DNA of 64,000 bases, taken from assembly GCA_016208685.1 (NCBI GenBank), contig JACQXM010000024.1, forward strand, positions 170,537 to 234,536, read 5' to 3'. Shown here piece by piece: positions 19,036-31,109 of the stretch (the stretch's first letter is position 1; every line of letters begins with the position of its first letter). This DNA is from Planctomycetota bacterium. Lineage in GTDB: Bacteria > Planctomycetota > Phycisphaerae > UBA1845. The position numbers and the translations under genes were made by a program. The notes under the pieces were generated by a model that saw only the letters and a program-made list of their open reading frames with translations, ran no database searches and had not been told where the DNA came from.

Positions 19036-20166
19036 TCAACGTGGGGACGGCGCCATCCGGTGGCGGCGTTGGTTGCGCCCGGCCGCGCGGTTGATTGCCG
19101 CCTCGTAGACATCAACCCAACGGTCGAGGATCCCCCCCCACTCGTAGTTCCGCGCGACAAATTCCCGACCGGCGATCGACATGCGGCGGCGCAGCTCGTC
19201 GTCCCGCAACAAGGTGGCGATGGCGTCGGCCAGGCGATCGGAATCGGCCGGCGGCACGAGCAGCCCGGTCTCGCCATCGCGCACGGTGTCAGGCAATCCG
19301 CCGACATGTGACGCAACCACGGGCACGCCCATGGCCGAGGACTCCAACGCCGCGGCCCCAAAGCTCTCGCAGACCGACGGCACGACACTCACATCCCATC
19401 CGGCAAGGTGCCGCGGAAGGTCCTCGTGTCGCTGCCGAGGCACCCACTGGATCGACGGCTGCACACTCAGTTGCTCCGCCAGCGCCCGACATTCCGTCAA
19501 TTGGGGACCGTCTCCGATCAACTCGAACCGAGCGGCCGGGTACGATTCGAGCACCCGCGGAATGGCGCGGACCAGGTACGCGGCCCCGTACGTCTCGCGA
19601 AACCCCTTGAAAAACCCGATGCGCGGACCGCCACTGCGTGGCTCGGCGGGGTGTGCCGCGGCATGGAACAGGCTCAGGTCCACGCCCAGGGGAAGCAGTG
19701 CGATGTCGCGCGCGGGAATGCCCGCCACCGCTGAAACCGTTGCGGCAAATCGCGGCCCCCACGCGGTAACCAAATTTGCCCGCCGCAGCATCGCGACCCG
19801 CACCGCCGTTAACTCGGGGGTCGGCGTACCCTCGCCGGGCGGCGGGACGATGTCCGACCCCCAGGGCGTGGCCGCAAAACAGCCCGTCTCCACGATCTCC
19901 GGCCGGAAGCCCCAGTCCTGTAGAAAATGAACGTGTACGACGTCGAATCGGCGGAGGAACCCCTTCAGGTAGTTCGCCCACCGCACCCGCCAACGGCGCG
20001 GATGCATAAGACCGGGGCGGGGAACGCAGAAACGCTCCACGGAGACACCCGGTATGTCGGCGGGCTTATGCGTCACCACGTGCACGCGAGCGGCTCGCCG
20101 TGCCAACCCGGCGGCAATGCGCCGCAGGTGCACTGATTGGGCGTCACCGAAGAGACAGAGCTTCAT
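19036..20166 (-). CDS. Glycosyltransferase family 4 (GT-B, group 1)
   Basis: Starts MKLCLFGD... The C-terminal half reads PSVCESFGAAALESSAMGVPVVASHVGGLPDTVRDGETG, the EX7E-type GT4 region. Confidence 0.85.
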   Translation of the reverse strand: MKLCLFGDAQSVHLRRIAAGLARRAARVHVVTHKPADIPGVSVERFCVPRPGLMHPRRWRVRWANYLKGFLRRFDVVHVHFLQDWGFRPEIVETGCFAATPWGSDIVPPPGEGTPTPELTAVRVAMLRRANLVTAWGPRFAATVSAVAGIPARDIALLPLGVDLSLFHAAAHPAEPRSGGPRIGFFKGFRETYGAAYLVRAIPRVLESYPAARFELIGDGPQLTECRALAEQLSVQPSIQWVPRQRHEDLPRHLAGWDVSVVPSVCESFGAAALESSAMGVPVVASHVGGLPDTVRDGETGLLVPPADSDRLADAIATLLRDDELRRRMSIAGREFVARNYEWGGILDRWVDVYEAAINRAAGRNQRRHRMAPSPR

Positions 20167-21442
20167 ACGATTGGTCCGGGCGGATCGCCGCTTGGGGTTC
20201 GCGGTCCGACGCCGGCGCCGGCCGCGGAGGCGCTGTCGCCTGCGCCGGCGTCACCGGTTCAAAACCGGAGAGCTCGGCCGTCACCCTCCCCGCGAACTGC
20301 CACTCGTGGTCCACGCACAGGGTACCCGCGGCCCGACCCTCATCGTCGATCATCAGGGGAAAACCGAAGGGCGTGTCCAGCAGCGTGGTGCTGCGCTGTG
20401 CATCCCAGAGCCGCAGATTCCAGAAGTACTGCCCTCCGCGCACCGGGAGCCCACTCAGCCGCAGCGAGATGTCATGGATGCCCTCGGGAACGTTGAAATA
20501 CCGGCCCGCTCGTCCGGAATTGCAACTCAACAGGTTCTCCTCGGGCGTGGCGCGCATGTTGAGTTCCACGACCAGGCGAGGCACCGGCCGCGAAAGACGC
20601 AGACGCAAATCGACGCGAAACGGACGGCGCGCCGGGGTTTCGACGATCGGCGCGCCTTGAGCATCCACGACGCGGAGCGCGAGCAGCTCCGCCTCGGGGG
20701 TTCCGGCGCTTGCTGATTCGATCACATCCGTCGACCGGCAGCGCCAGGCGCGGGACATGGCCGCCGTGTAATGCCCCACAGCCTCCCGCGCCGGCCCCTC
20801 GAACGACTTGCGCCCGCCGTCCAACACCATCGCCCGGCGGCAGATCGTCTGCATCTGCTCGAGCTGGTGCGTGACGAAGATCAGCGTCGTACCCCCTTCG
20901 ATGAGCCGCCGCATGCGTTCCAGGCAGCGTATGCGGAAGACCGCGTCTCCCACGGAGAGCACTTCGTCCACCAGCAGCACGTCGGGGTCCACATGAGCGG
21001 CGATGGAGAAGCCCAACCGCGCGTACATGCCGGAGCTGTAGCGCTTGACCGGAGTGTCGAGGAACCGTTCCAGCCCGGCGAAGTTCACGATGGCGTCGAG
21101 CTTGCCGCGGATCTCGGCCCGGCTCATGCCCAGAATGGCGCCGTTGAGAAAGATGTTCTCCCGGCCCGAAAGGTCTCCGTGGAACCCGGCGCCGACTTCG
21201 ATGAGCGGCGCCACGCGTCCGACGACCCGGATGCCGCCGCGGTCAGGCCGCAGTATGCCCGCCAGCAGCTTGAGGACCGTGCTCTTGCCGGCACCGTTCG
21301 GGCCGATCACGCCCAACGCCTCGCCGCGGGCCACGCTGAAGCTCACGCCCTCAAGTGCCTCAAGGTCGCGGAGGGAGCGATGGGTTTCCCCGAGGCGAAA
21401 CCGCTTGGAAACCCGGTCGAAGCTCACTGCCACATCGTTCAT
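20144..21442 (-). CDS. wzt: ABC transporter ATP-binding protein, Wzt-like with C-terminal glycan-binding domain
   Basis: Walker A GPNGAGKST, signature YSSGMYARLGFS, Walker B LLVDEVLSVGD. About 170-aa C-terminal extension typical of Wzt. Start at MNDVAVS (21442) or 15 nt upstream. Confidence 0.85.
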   Translation of the reverse strand: MNDVAVSFDRVSKRFRLGETHRSLRDLEALEGVSFSVARGEALGVIGPNGAGKSTVLKLLAGILRPDRGGIRVVGRVAPLIEVGAGFHGDLSGRENIFLNGAILGMSRAEIRGKLDAIVNFAGLERFLDTPVKRYSSGMYARLGFSIAAHVDPDVLLVDEVLSVGDAVFRIRCLERMRRLIEGGTTLIFVTHQLEQMQTICRRAMVLDGGRKSFEGPAREAVGHYTAAMSRAWRCRSTDVIESASAGTPEAELLALRVVDAQGAPIVETPARRPFRVDLRLRLSRPVPRLVVELNMRATPEENLLSCNSGRAGRYFNVPEGIHDISLRLSGLPVRGGQYFWNLRLWDAQRSTTLLDTPFGFPLMIDDEGRAAGTLCVDHEWQFAGRVTAELSGFEPVTPAQATAPPRPAPASDREPQAAIRPDQSYEALSLR

Positions 21443-21472
21443 GCCGACACTTGGCACTCGATACCCGCTCCG

Positions 21473-22312
21473 TTAGATGCACTCGGCGAACCGCATCGAC
21501 GCCCGGCGAAACACGGTCCACCCGATGGTGAGCGCCAAGGCGGCGGTAACGGCGACGTAGGCACAGTCCGCGGCATCCGGCACTTGCCCGAACAACAGGC
21601 AGGCGCGGTACGAGTTCATGAGCGACACCAACGGGTTCCAGGCCATGAGGCGTCCTAAGGCGGAGCCGCCCGTCGGCAGCGGCACGATTACCGCGGAGAC
21701 GAACAAGAGAAGCTGGAGCGCTACCCCGGTTACGTGCCTCACGTCGCGGTAGAAGAGGTTGGCCATGGCCAGCATCATCCCCAGCCCGGCCGTCAAGGCC
21801 GTCTGCATGACGACCAGCAGTGGAACCGCCAGCAGCGCCGCATCGGGCGAGAAGCTCCACCCTCCGCGGGCCGCGTAGTAACCCATCACACCCAACAGCG
21901 CCACGGCGGCGATGCCGAAATCAAGCAGCGACCCTGCCACGCACGAGAAGGGAAACACCTCGCGCGGGAAGTACACCTTGGTGACCAGGTTGCGATTGGC
22001 TACCAGGGAATTGACACAGCCGCTCAGGCTGGAGCTGAAGTACGTCCACGGCACCAGGGCCGCAGCGGCGAACAGGGCGTAGGGGACGCGGCGTCCATCC
22101 GGCGCGGTTAAGGCCACGGTGCCGGAGAAGACCAGCGTCAGCACCAGCAACATGGCGACGGGAAGCAGCAACGCCCACCCCACCCCCAGCCAGGACTGCC
22201 GGTAGCGCACGCGGAAATCGCGGCCCGCCAGGCTGAGCAGCAGTTGGCGGTAGCGCCAGACTTCTGACACTCCGCTGCCGAGCCCCGATGTCCACGCTGC
22301 GCGCACTGCCAT
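21473..22312 (-). CDS. wzm: ABC-2 type polysaccharide export permease, Wzm-like
   Basis: 279 aa. Six predicted TM segments. N-terminal RYRQLLLSLAGRDFRVRYRQSWLGVGWALL is the typical ABC-2 start. Confidence 0.85.
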   Translation of the reverse strand: MAVRAAWTSGLGSGVSEVWRYRQLLLSLAGRDFRVRYRQSWLGVGWALLLPVAMLLVLTLVFSGTVALTAPDGRRVPYALFAAAALVPWTYFSSSLSGCVNSLVANRNLVTKVYFPREVFPFSCVAGSLLDFGIAAVALLGVMGYYAARGGWSFSPDAALLAVPLLVVMQTALTAGLGMMLAMANLFYRDVRHVTGVALQLLLFVSAVIVPLPTGGSALGRLMAWNPLVSLMNSYRACLLFGQVPDAADCAYVAVTAALALTIGWTVFRRASMRFAECI

Positions 22313-22547
22313 CCCGCCTTTCGCCGCATCACAAAACTGTCAATTCTCTTATCGGTCGCGGCGCGCGCGAGGTTTGGCTCGCGGCGGTTCTCCGGAGCAG
22401 ACGCGATGGGGCGGCGCCTGGGGGGCTTCGCACTGTTTCCGCAGGCCGTGTCGCCGCCCATTATGTCGGACGGCGCGGCCGGACGGCTCGGAGGTCGGGG
22501 CTGCTGGCCGGCGGGGCCCGCCATGACCCCCGAGGACCCCACGTTCG

Positions 22548-24863
22548 CTACGGGCAGGTCGCGGGGTGGGCAAAGGGATACGCAAACCCTTGGAAGGCCC
22601 GTACGAAGTACGAGATGTCGGTGAAGTTTACCACGCGGTTCGGCGCTTGATCGTGAAGGTCGGTTCGCGTGAAATGCGGAGCCCCAGTGGCGGACTGGAA
22701 GGTCCGAATGGCCGCGACCGCATCGTTGATGTTCACCTGCCCATCCGGGTCTAGCCAGGACCCGCCGACGAACATCCCCACGGCGTCACCCCAGTGCTTC
22801 CCCGCCGGCTGAGCGACGGTGGTCACCGGCAATGGGGCCGTCAGATCGGTTCCGTCGTTGGAGGCACGAACGGCGTAAGCCGATCCCGGCACGACGCGAC
22901 AGTCACCCACGTGGACCACGGCCTCCGGCCAGATGCGCACCACCGGCGCGGCCGCTAGCGTCGACGCGCCTCCGGCATCCGGAGCGCTCACCCAACCCAA
23001 CACGCCGGACGATCCCGGGAAGAGGGTGCTCGAGGATAACTCAACTCGGAATGCCACCGGGGTCGTCCCGTTGCCCGGAGTGAACGAGATGTAGCGGTTC
23101 TTGGAAACGTCGTGCGGCGCGGGGGCCGCGGTGGGCACGGCCGCGTCCGGCACGGAGACCACCGCGATCGCCGTCGGCGCGCCGACGTCACTGGCGATCA
23201 ACTCGACGTTGCCGCCGTCCAGGTCCGCACGCATGAGCTTGCCGGTGTCGGTCGCCCAGGTGATCTTGCCGTTACCTGCGTCGAAGGCGATCCCGCGCGG
23301 CAGGCCATAGGTCGCCGCCGGCACAGTCAACACGTCTTCGACTCCGCTGCCATCCAGGTTGGCTCGCTGGATCTTGCCGTCGCCGGAAGCGGGTACCGCC
23401 GTCCAGTAGATTCTGCCGGCCGGCAGGTCGAGGGCCAGATTGAAAGGTTTGGGATCGACCTGGGCAAGCAGGGTTTGTCGCGCGGTGCCGTCGAGATTCG
23501 CGCGGCCGATGGAGCCGCCCGCGGTGGAGGATTCGGCCCAGTAGATCTTCCCACCCGACAGGTCCACGGCCACGTAGATGGGAAACTCGTCGTTATAGGG
23601 TGGCGTTACGTCTCCGACGATCACCTCGGGCACACTGAGGCCGGACGTAAGGTGTCTACGGAGGATCCTCCCGTGGCATTCCTCTCCGCCTGGGCAGGTC
23701 AGGTCGGAGAAGTAGACCTTGAGGTTCGCGGCGTCCACGGCGATCCCCGACGCCGATGCGCCGGGATTCAAGAATGGAACCGGCTCAATCGGCCCGGTCC
23801 CCGCGAGATCGACTGACAGAAACTGAGCGAGGACGGGGTCGCTCCAGTACACGCGCCCGTCGGCTTCGCTGATAGCGATTCCGCTGGGGGCGATGGTTGT
23901 TGCCGCGAGAACCGTCTCATCATCGGAGGCGTCCAGGTTCGTCCGGCCGATGCGCCGGTTCGCCCCGCTCCACTCATCACGAACGCTCCAATAGAGTTTC
24001 CCCAGAGAGGGCTGGGCCACAAGGTCGGAGTAGTTGCCGGTTCGAAAGCTGACGGTCGCCGTCCCGTCGAGGTTCGAGCGGCGGATGCCAGGCGTCGCAT
24101 TCGGTCCGTGCGACCAATAGAGGTGCCCCGCGGCGAGGTCAAGGGAGAAGCCGCCGGCGTAGCTCCCGGAGGGAATCACGACCTGCGGAAGGCTGCCGCC
24201 CAGACCGGCGCGCATGATGCCGCCGTTGCCGTCGGTCCAATAGAGCTTACCGTTGGTGGAATCCACGCCCAGGTTCGAGGGTTGGACCGGCCAGTTCTCG
24301 TACACCAGCTCGACGTTCGTGCCATCGATGTTGGCACGGCGAATGCGAGCGAGGCCATCGCGCTCCGCCCAGTACATCTTTGCCGCACCGACATCAAGCA
24401 CGAGATCCAGGGCCGTCGTCGGACCCAACGAGACCAATTCGACCAGGTTCGATCCATCGATGTCGGAGCGCACGATCTTGTTGTTGCCGAATCCGGGGCC
24501 GTAGGTCGCCGACCAGAAGAGCGTGCCGGAACTCGGCTCCACCGCCAGCGCCGCGAAGGGGCGGTAGAGCGGATCGGTGTTGACGACCGCGGGATTGGCG
24601 CCGTCCAGATCCGCACTGCGGATCACGCCGTCCTCCACGTCGACCCAGTACATCCGCCCACCGAGCGCGGGAACGTCCAGGTTGAACGAGAGCCCTACGG
24701 GATCGCCGGCGAGCTCCACCACTCCGGTGCCGTCAAGCGAAGCCATGCGCACCGTGCTCGCGGTCGGGTCGGCCCAGTAGATCTTGCCGGGGCCTCCCAG
24801 GGCGGGCACCGCCGCCACGCCAACAAACAGCACGGACCAGGGGCAGGGACATCTGGGCAGCAT
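22548..24863 (-). CDS. Secreted YWTD (LDL-receptor class B) double beta-propeller protein with two C-terminal dockerin-like repeats
   Basis: Start MLPRCPCPWSVLFVGVAAVPALG (signal) at 24863. About 12 repeats of the form GKIYWAD/GRMYWVD/GKLYWTD ... IxRxxLDG. C-terminus DPDGQVNINDAVAAIRTF and NRVVNFTDISYFVRAF. Confidence 0.8.
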   Translation of the reverse strand: MLPRCPCPWSVLFVGVAAVPALGGPGKIYWADPTASTVRMASLDGTGVVELAGDPVGLSFNLDVPALGGRMYWVDVEDGVIRSADLDGANPAVVNTDPLYRPFAALAVEPSSGTLFWSATYGPGFGNNKIVRSDIDGSNLVELVSLGPTTALDLVLDVGAAKMYWAERDGLARIRRANIDGTNVELVYENWPVQPSNLGVDSTNGKLYWTDGNGGIMRAGLGGSLPQVVIPSGSYAGGFSLDLAAGHLYWSHGPNATPGIRRSNLDGTATVSFRTGNYSDLVAQPSLGKLYWSVRDEWSGANRRIGRTNLDASDDETVLAATTIAPSGIAISEADGRVYWSDPVLAQFLSVDLAGTGPIEPVPFLNPGASASGIAVDAANLKVYFSDLTCPGGEECHGRILRRHLTSGLSVPEVIVGDVTPPYNDEFPIYVAVDLSGGKIYWAESSTAGGSIGRANLDGTARQTLLAQVDPKPFNLALDLPAGRIYWTAVPASGDGKIQRANLDGSGVEDVLTVPAATYGLPRGIAFDAGNGKITWATDTGKLMRADLDGGNVELIASDVGAPTAIAVVSVPDAAVPTAAPAPHDVSKNRYISFTPGNGTTPVAFRVELSSSTLFPGSSGVLGWVSAPDAGGASTLAAAPVVRIWPEAVVHVGDCRVVPGSAYAVRASNDGTDLTAPLPVTTVAQPAGKHWGDAVGMFVGGSWLDPDGQVNINDAVAAIRTFQSATGAPHFTRTDLHDQAPNRVVNFTDISYFVRAFQGFAYPFAHPATCP

Positions 24864-25100
24864 CGCGCGGTCTCCTACGACAGGTCCGTCGACCAACAGA
24901 CCCTGATCCTCGGGTTCACCCGATAGAATACACCTGCGGCGCCTACCGGCCAACAGTATTTTTGCGGAGGGCTGGTTTCTGGGTGCATCCCGCGGATCGT
25001 GGCACGACCTTGTTTCCGGATGCTCGCCGCACGACGTCGGCGACCCGGGCGGTGTGCGCAGCGATCCGCGTGCCTCCCAGCCGTGCGCGAGCCCCGCCAG

Positions 25101-25313
25101 GGCTAGGCCCACGGCGTAAGCCGTGGGGACCGACGAGCAGGATCATTTAGCCCCGTCAGGGGCGACACATATATGGCACGGCGCTGCGGAGGGCGCGGGA
25201 AGGGATGCGCGTCGCGGGTTGCGTCGGGAGGTTGATGCGCGCTGCGCGTGTCGCCCCTGACGGGGCTTTCCGCGATCGGCGTCCCCACGGCACGGCTCAC
25301 GCCGTGGGCTAAG
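25101..25313. repeat. Imperfect ~65-bp terminal inverted repeats flanking a ~75-bp core (MITE/REP-like or structured RNA element)
   Basis: Left arm ggctaggcccacggcgtaagccgtgggg...agccccgtcaggggcgacac. Right arm gtgtcgcccctgacggggct...ccccacggcacggctcacgccgtgggctaag. The inner 20-mers are perfect reverse complements. Each outer arm also contains its own hairpin. Confidence 0.6.
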
Positions 25314-25938
25314 AAGGTGCCGCCCGCTGGCGCGGGCTGAGCTATCGGCGCGCCGCGCGCGGGCGCATCCTGCTGACGGTCGGCGAGCGCCGGGCTCGCC
25401 GCCCGCTGATGCAGACCGTGGCGTCGGCAGCGCAAAGGTCCCAATTCGTCGGCGTGCTGGAACACGCCGCCCGCTGGAGCGGGCGGCGCGATCGCCACTC
25501 CGCGCCCCTCCTCTGCGCAGAGCCAGTTGCACCCGTCGATCGCTTGGAGCGAGTCGCGAGAACCTCAACCTCGCCACACGAGACCGGATGCACCCCTGGT
25601 TTCTCTGGCGATGAGGACGGAAAGGATGGATGGGTCTGCCGTCTTATCTTGGTAAGAAGGCGAGGACCCGCCCGCGAGGGGCTCATAAGCGGTTTCGAGC
25701 GGCAGGTCGGAATGGCCATACGCCGGCGAGCGAGGCGGCTGACAGACCGGGCTTGGACCTCAAGCGGCCCGGGTGCCAACTTCGCTTCCGACGGCAGAGC
25801 GCCGGAACCCGCCGGTTAGCAGTGAAGCACATCGTCGGCGACACCGAGGACCACCCGCCCCTTGCAAGCCCGAAGCATGACAATCCTGCATCCCGGATGG
25901 GCTGGGCGCCTGGTTACCCAAGATCGAACGCTCTTGAT

Positions 25939-26011
<73 letters not shown>

Positions 26012-26102
26012 GTGACCGGGCGTTATTAAAACTCCTGTAAGCACGGGCGTCAATGCGCGCCGCGAACGACTCTCGACCCGGCGCCTGCAGGTCGCCGGTG
26101 CC

Positions 26103-28877
<2,775 letters not shown>

Positions 28878-29062
28878 GATACGCAGCAACGTGCGGGCGT
28901 CAAAACGCGCCGGCGGGTCCTCGCCGGTACTCCGTGCAGCCGCTCTCACTCCCAAGCCGCCGATGGTAGAATAACGGCGGCATGGCGACCGAATAGGCTC
29001 GGGGGGCGCGCGTGATCGGCACGCGTCCCGCGCCGGCATGGATCGGTGCGGCTGAAAAGAGC

Positions 29063-30217
29063 ATGACGGTATCGTTCGACACCTTCGACCGGCTCAAGGG
29101 CAAAGGCGTTGCCGCCTATCAGAACGGCGACTACCTGGCGGCCAAGTCTTACCTGGTGGATGCTGCGGAGTGCATGATCGAACTCGCCGAGGCGGCGAAA
29201 ACCCCGGAAGCCAGGCGGCAACACGAGCAGATCGCGGCCGAACTCATCGAGCTGGTCCGGGACTGCGACGCTTCGGCGGCAGGTGGCCGGCGCGGCAAGC
29301 CGGCGCCACCCGGCCGCGGCGGCAAGGGCGGTGGGCCGCGCCAGAGCGCCAAGGTGGAGGAGGGCGAGACGGACGCCTCCGACTGGATCGTACGCGACAA
29401 ACCCACCATCGGCTTCGACGACATCGCGGGCCTGGACGACGTCAAGGAGGAAATCCGCCTGAAGATGATCTATCCCTTCGCCCATCCGGAGCTGGCGCGG
29501 CAATACGGCATCAGCACGGGCGGCGGGATTCTCCTCTACGGTCCGCCGGGCACGGGAAAGACCATGATGGCCAAGGCCATCGCACACGAAATCGATGCCA
29601 CTTTCTTCGTGGTCAGCCCGGCACAAGTAATGAGCAAGTGGGTCGGCGAAGCGGAGCAGAACATCCGCAAACTCTTCGAGGCGGCCAAGGCGGAGACGCC
29701 TTCGGTGGTCTTCCTGGACGAGATCGAGGCCCTGGTGCCCAAACGGCAGAGCGACAGCTCGACGGTGATGCAGCGCGTCGTGCCACAGATTCTACAGGAA
29801 CTGGAAGGGTTCGATCGCGGCGGCGAACGCGCCCTGCTGTTCGTGGGCGCCACGAACAAGCCGTGGATGCTCGACGAAGCGATGTTGCGGCCGGGGCGGA
29901 TGGACGCCAAGGTGTATGTGCCGCTCCCCGATGCCCCAGCCCGTTACAAGCTGCTGGAGATCCACTTCACCGGCCGGCCGCTCGCCGACGACGTGGACTT
30001 GGGTGCCCTTTGCGACCGGCTGGAGGGTTTCAGCGGCGCGGATATCAAGAACATTGCGCAGCAGGCGGCGCAGCGCCCGTTTCTGGAGGCAGTGGCCGGC
30101 GGAGAGGCGCGGCCCATCGCCATGAAGGACATTGTGGCGGAGATCGAGGCCAATCCGCCTTCCGTACACCCGTCGGACCTGACGCGCTACGAGAAGTTCG
30201 CGGAGACGGGGAAATAG
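29063..30217 (+). CDS. AAA+ ATPase with N-terminal MIT-like domain (Vps4/katanin-like)
   Basis: N-terminal helical MIT-like region ([46 protein letters not shown]). Walker A GPPGTGKT, Walker [33 protein letters not shown]. Start at ATG 29063; the track uses an upstream GTG at 29012. Confidence 0.85.
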   Translation: MTVSFDTFDRLKGKGVAAYQNGDYLAAKSYLVDAAECMIELAEAAKTPEARRQHEQIAAELIELVRDCDASAAGGRRGKPAPPGRGGKGGGPRQSAKVEEGETDASDWIVRDKPTIGFDDIAGLDDVKEEIRLKMIYPFAHPELARQYGISTGGGILLYGPPGTGKTMMAKAIAHEIDATFFVVSPAQVMSKWVGEAEQNIRKLFEAAKAETPSVVFLDEIEALVPKRQSDSSTVMQRVVPQILQELEGFDRGGERALLFVGATNKPWMLDEAMLRPGRMDAKVYVPLPDAPARYKLLEIHFTGRPLADDVDLGALCDRLEGFSGADIKNIAQQAAQRPFLEAVAGGEARPIAMKDIVAEIEANPPSVHPSDLTRYEKFAETGK

Positions 30218-30267
30218 TGCCTGGGATCGTCGCGCGGCGCCGCAAAGGCGTCGTGCCGGGGGGTGAG

Positions 30268-31008
30268 ATGTACCCGATGAACCCCGACGCCATGAGGCCT
30301 TTCGGCTCGGCTTTGCTTGCCTACGCCCGAGGCGACACGGAGGCGCGGTTGGTGATCCGCCGTGATGACGGCACGGGTACGCCGATCCCCGCCGCGGCGT
30401 TCTTCCGCGACGAATCGGAATTCACACTCATAGACCGCCTCGTCCTTGAGAACTGTGCCGGCGCGGTCCTGGATATCGGCGCGGGAACCGGCCGGCACAG
30501 CGTGGCGCTTCAGCGCCGTGGTTTTCGTGTAACCGCCATCGACGTTTGCCCGGAAGCGGTGAGCGTGATGAGAACCCGGGGTCTTGCGGATGTGCACTGC
30601 GCCGACATGTTCACTTTTCGCGGCGGCCCTTATGACACGTTGCTGCTGCTGGGCCACGGAATCGGCATGGTCGAGACCATTGCCGGGCTGGATCGCTTTC
30701 TGGGTCATGCCCGCAGCTTACTGCACGACGGCGGCCGCGTGCTGCTCGACTCTCTTGACGTGCGCGCGACGGACGACGCCGACAACCTGGCGTACCAGGA
30801 AGCCAACCGCTCCTGCGGACGGTACGCGGGCGAGATCCGCATGCGGTTTGAGTTCCAGGGAGTCGTGGGGCCAAGCTGCGGCTGGTTGCACGTAGACCCC
30901 GGGACTTTGACGGAACATGCGGCGGCCGCACAATGGACGTGTGACGTCCTGCTTTGCGACGCGACCGGCAATTATCTGGCGCGACTGACATCGGCCCGCG
31001 CGGCATAA
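30268..31008 (+). CDS. Class I SAM-dependent methyltransferase
   Basis: VLDIGAGTGRHSVAL (motif I, GxGxG). It lies in the 3' part of the long 29170..31008 frame. Start MYPMNPDAM at 30268. Confidence 0.7.
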   Translation: MYPMNPDAMRPFGSALLAYARGDTEARLVIRRDDGTGTPIPAAAFFRDESEFTLIDRLVLENCAGAVLDIGAGTGRHSVALQRRGFRVTAIDVCPEAVSVMRTRGLADVHCADMFTFRGGPYDTLLLLGHGIGMVETIAGLDRFLGHARSLLHDGGRVLLDSLDVRATDDADNLAYQEANRSCGRYAGEIRMRFEFQGVVGPSCGWLHVDPGTLTEHAAAAQWTCDVLLCDATGNYLARLTSARAA

Positions 31009-31109
31009 GCGAGGCCCCGGACCCGCCCCGAGGCGGGGCCCGGTCGCCGCGACGCCTGACGCGGGGTGTTGGTCGCCAGTGTGCACAGGACCGCGGAGGG
31101 TTCCAGACC

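Noticed and set aside
25409-25819. 136-aa ORF in the tRNA-Lys-adjacent island
   Set aside because: Nonsense-like composition, no RBS. The region is better treated as non-coding, possibly RNA or a mobile relic.
29170-30250. 5' 1.1 kb of the 612-aa ORF 29170..31008
   Set aside because: Only the last 247 codons (the methyltransferase) look protein-like. The upstream part is an out-of-frame read-through of the AAA ATPase gene (Arg/Gly-rich).
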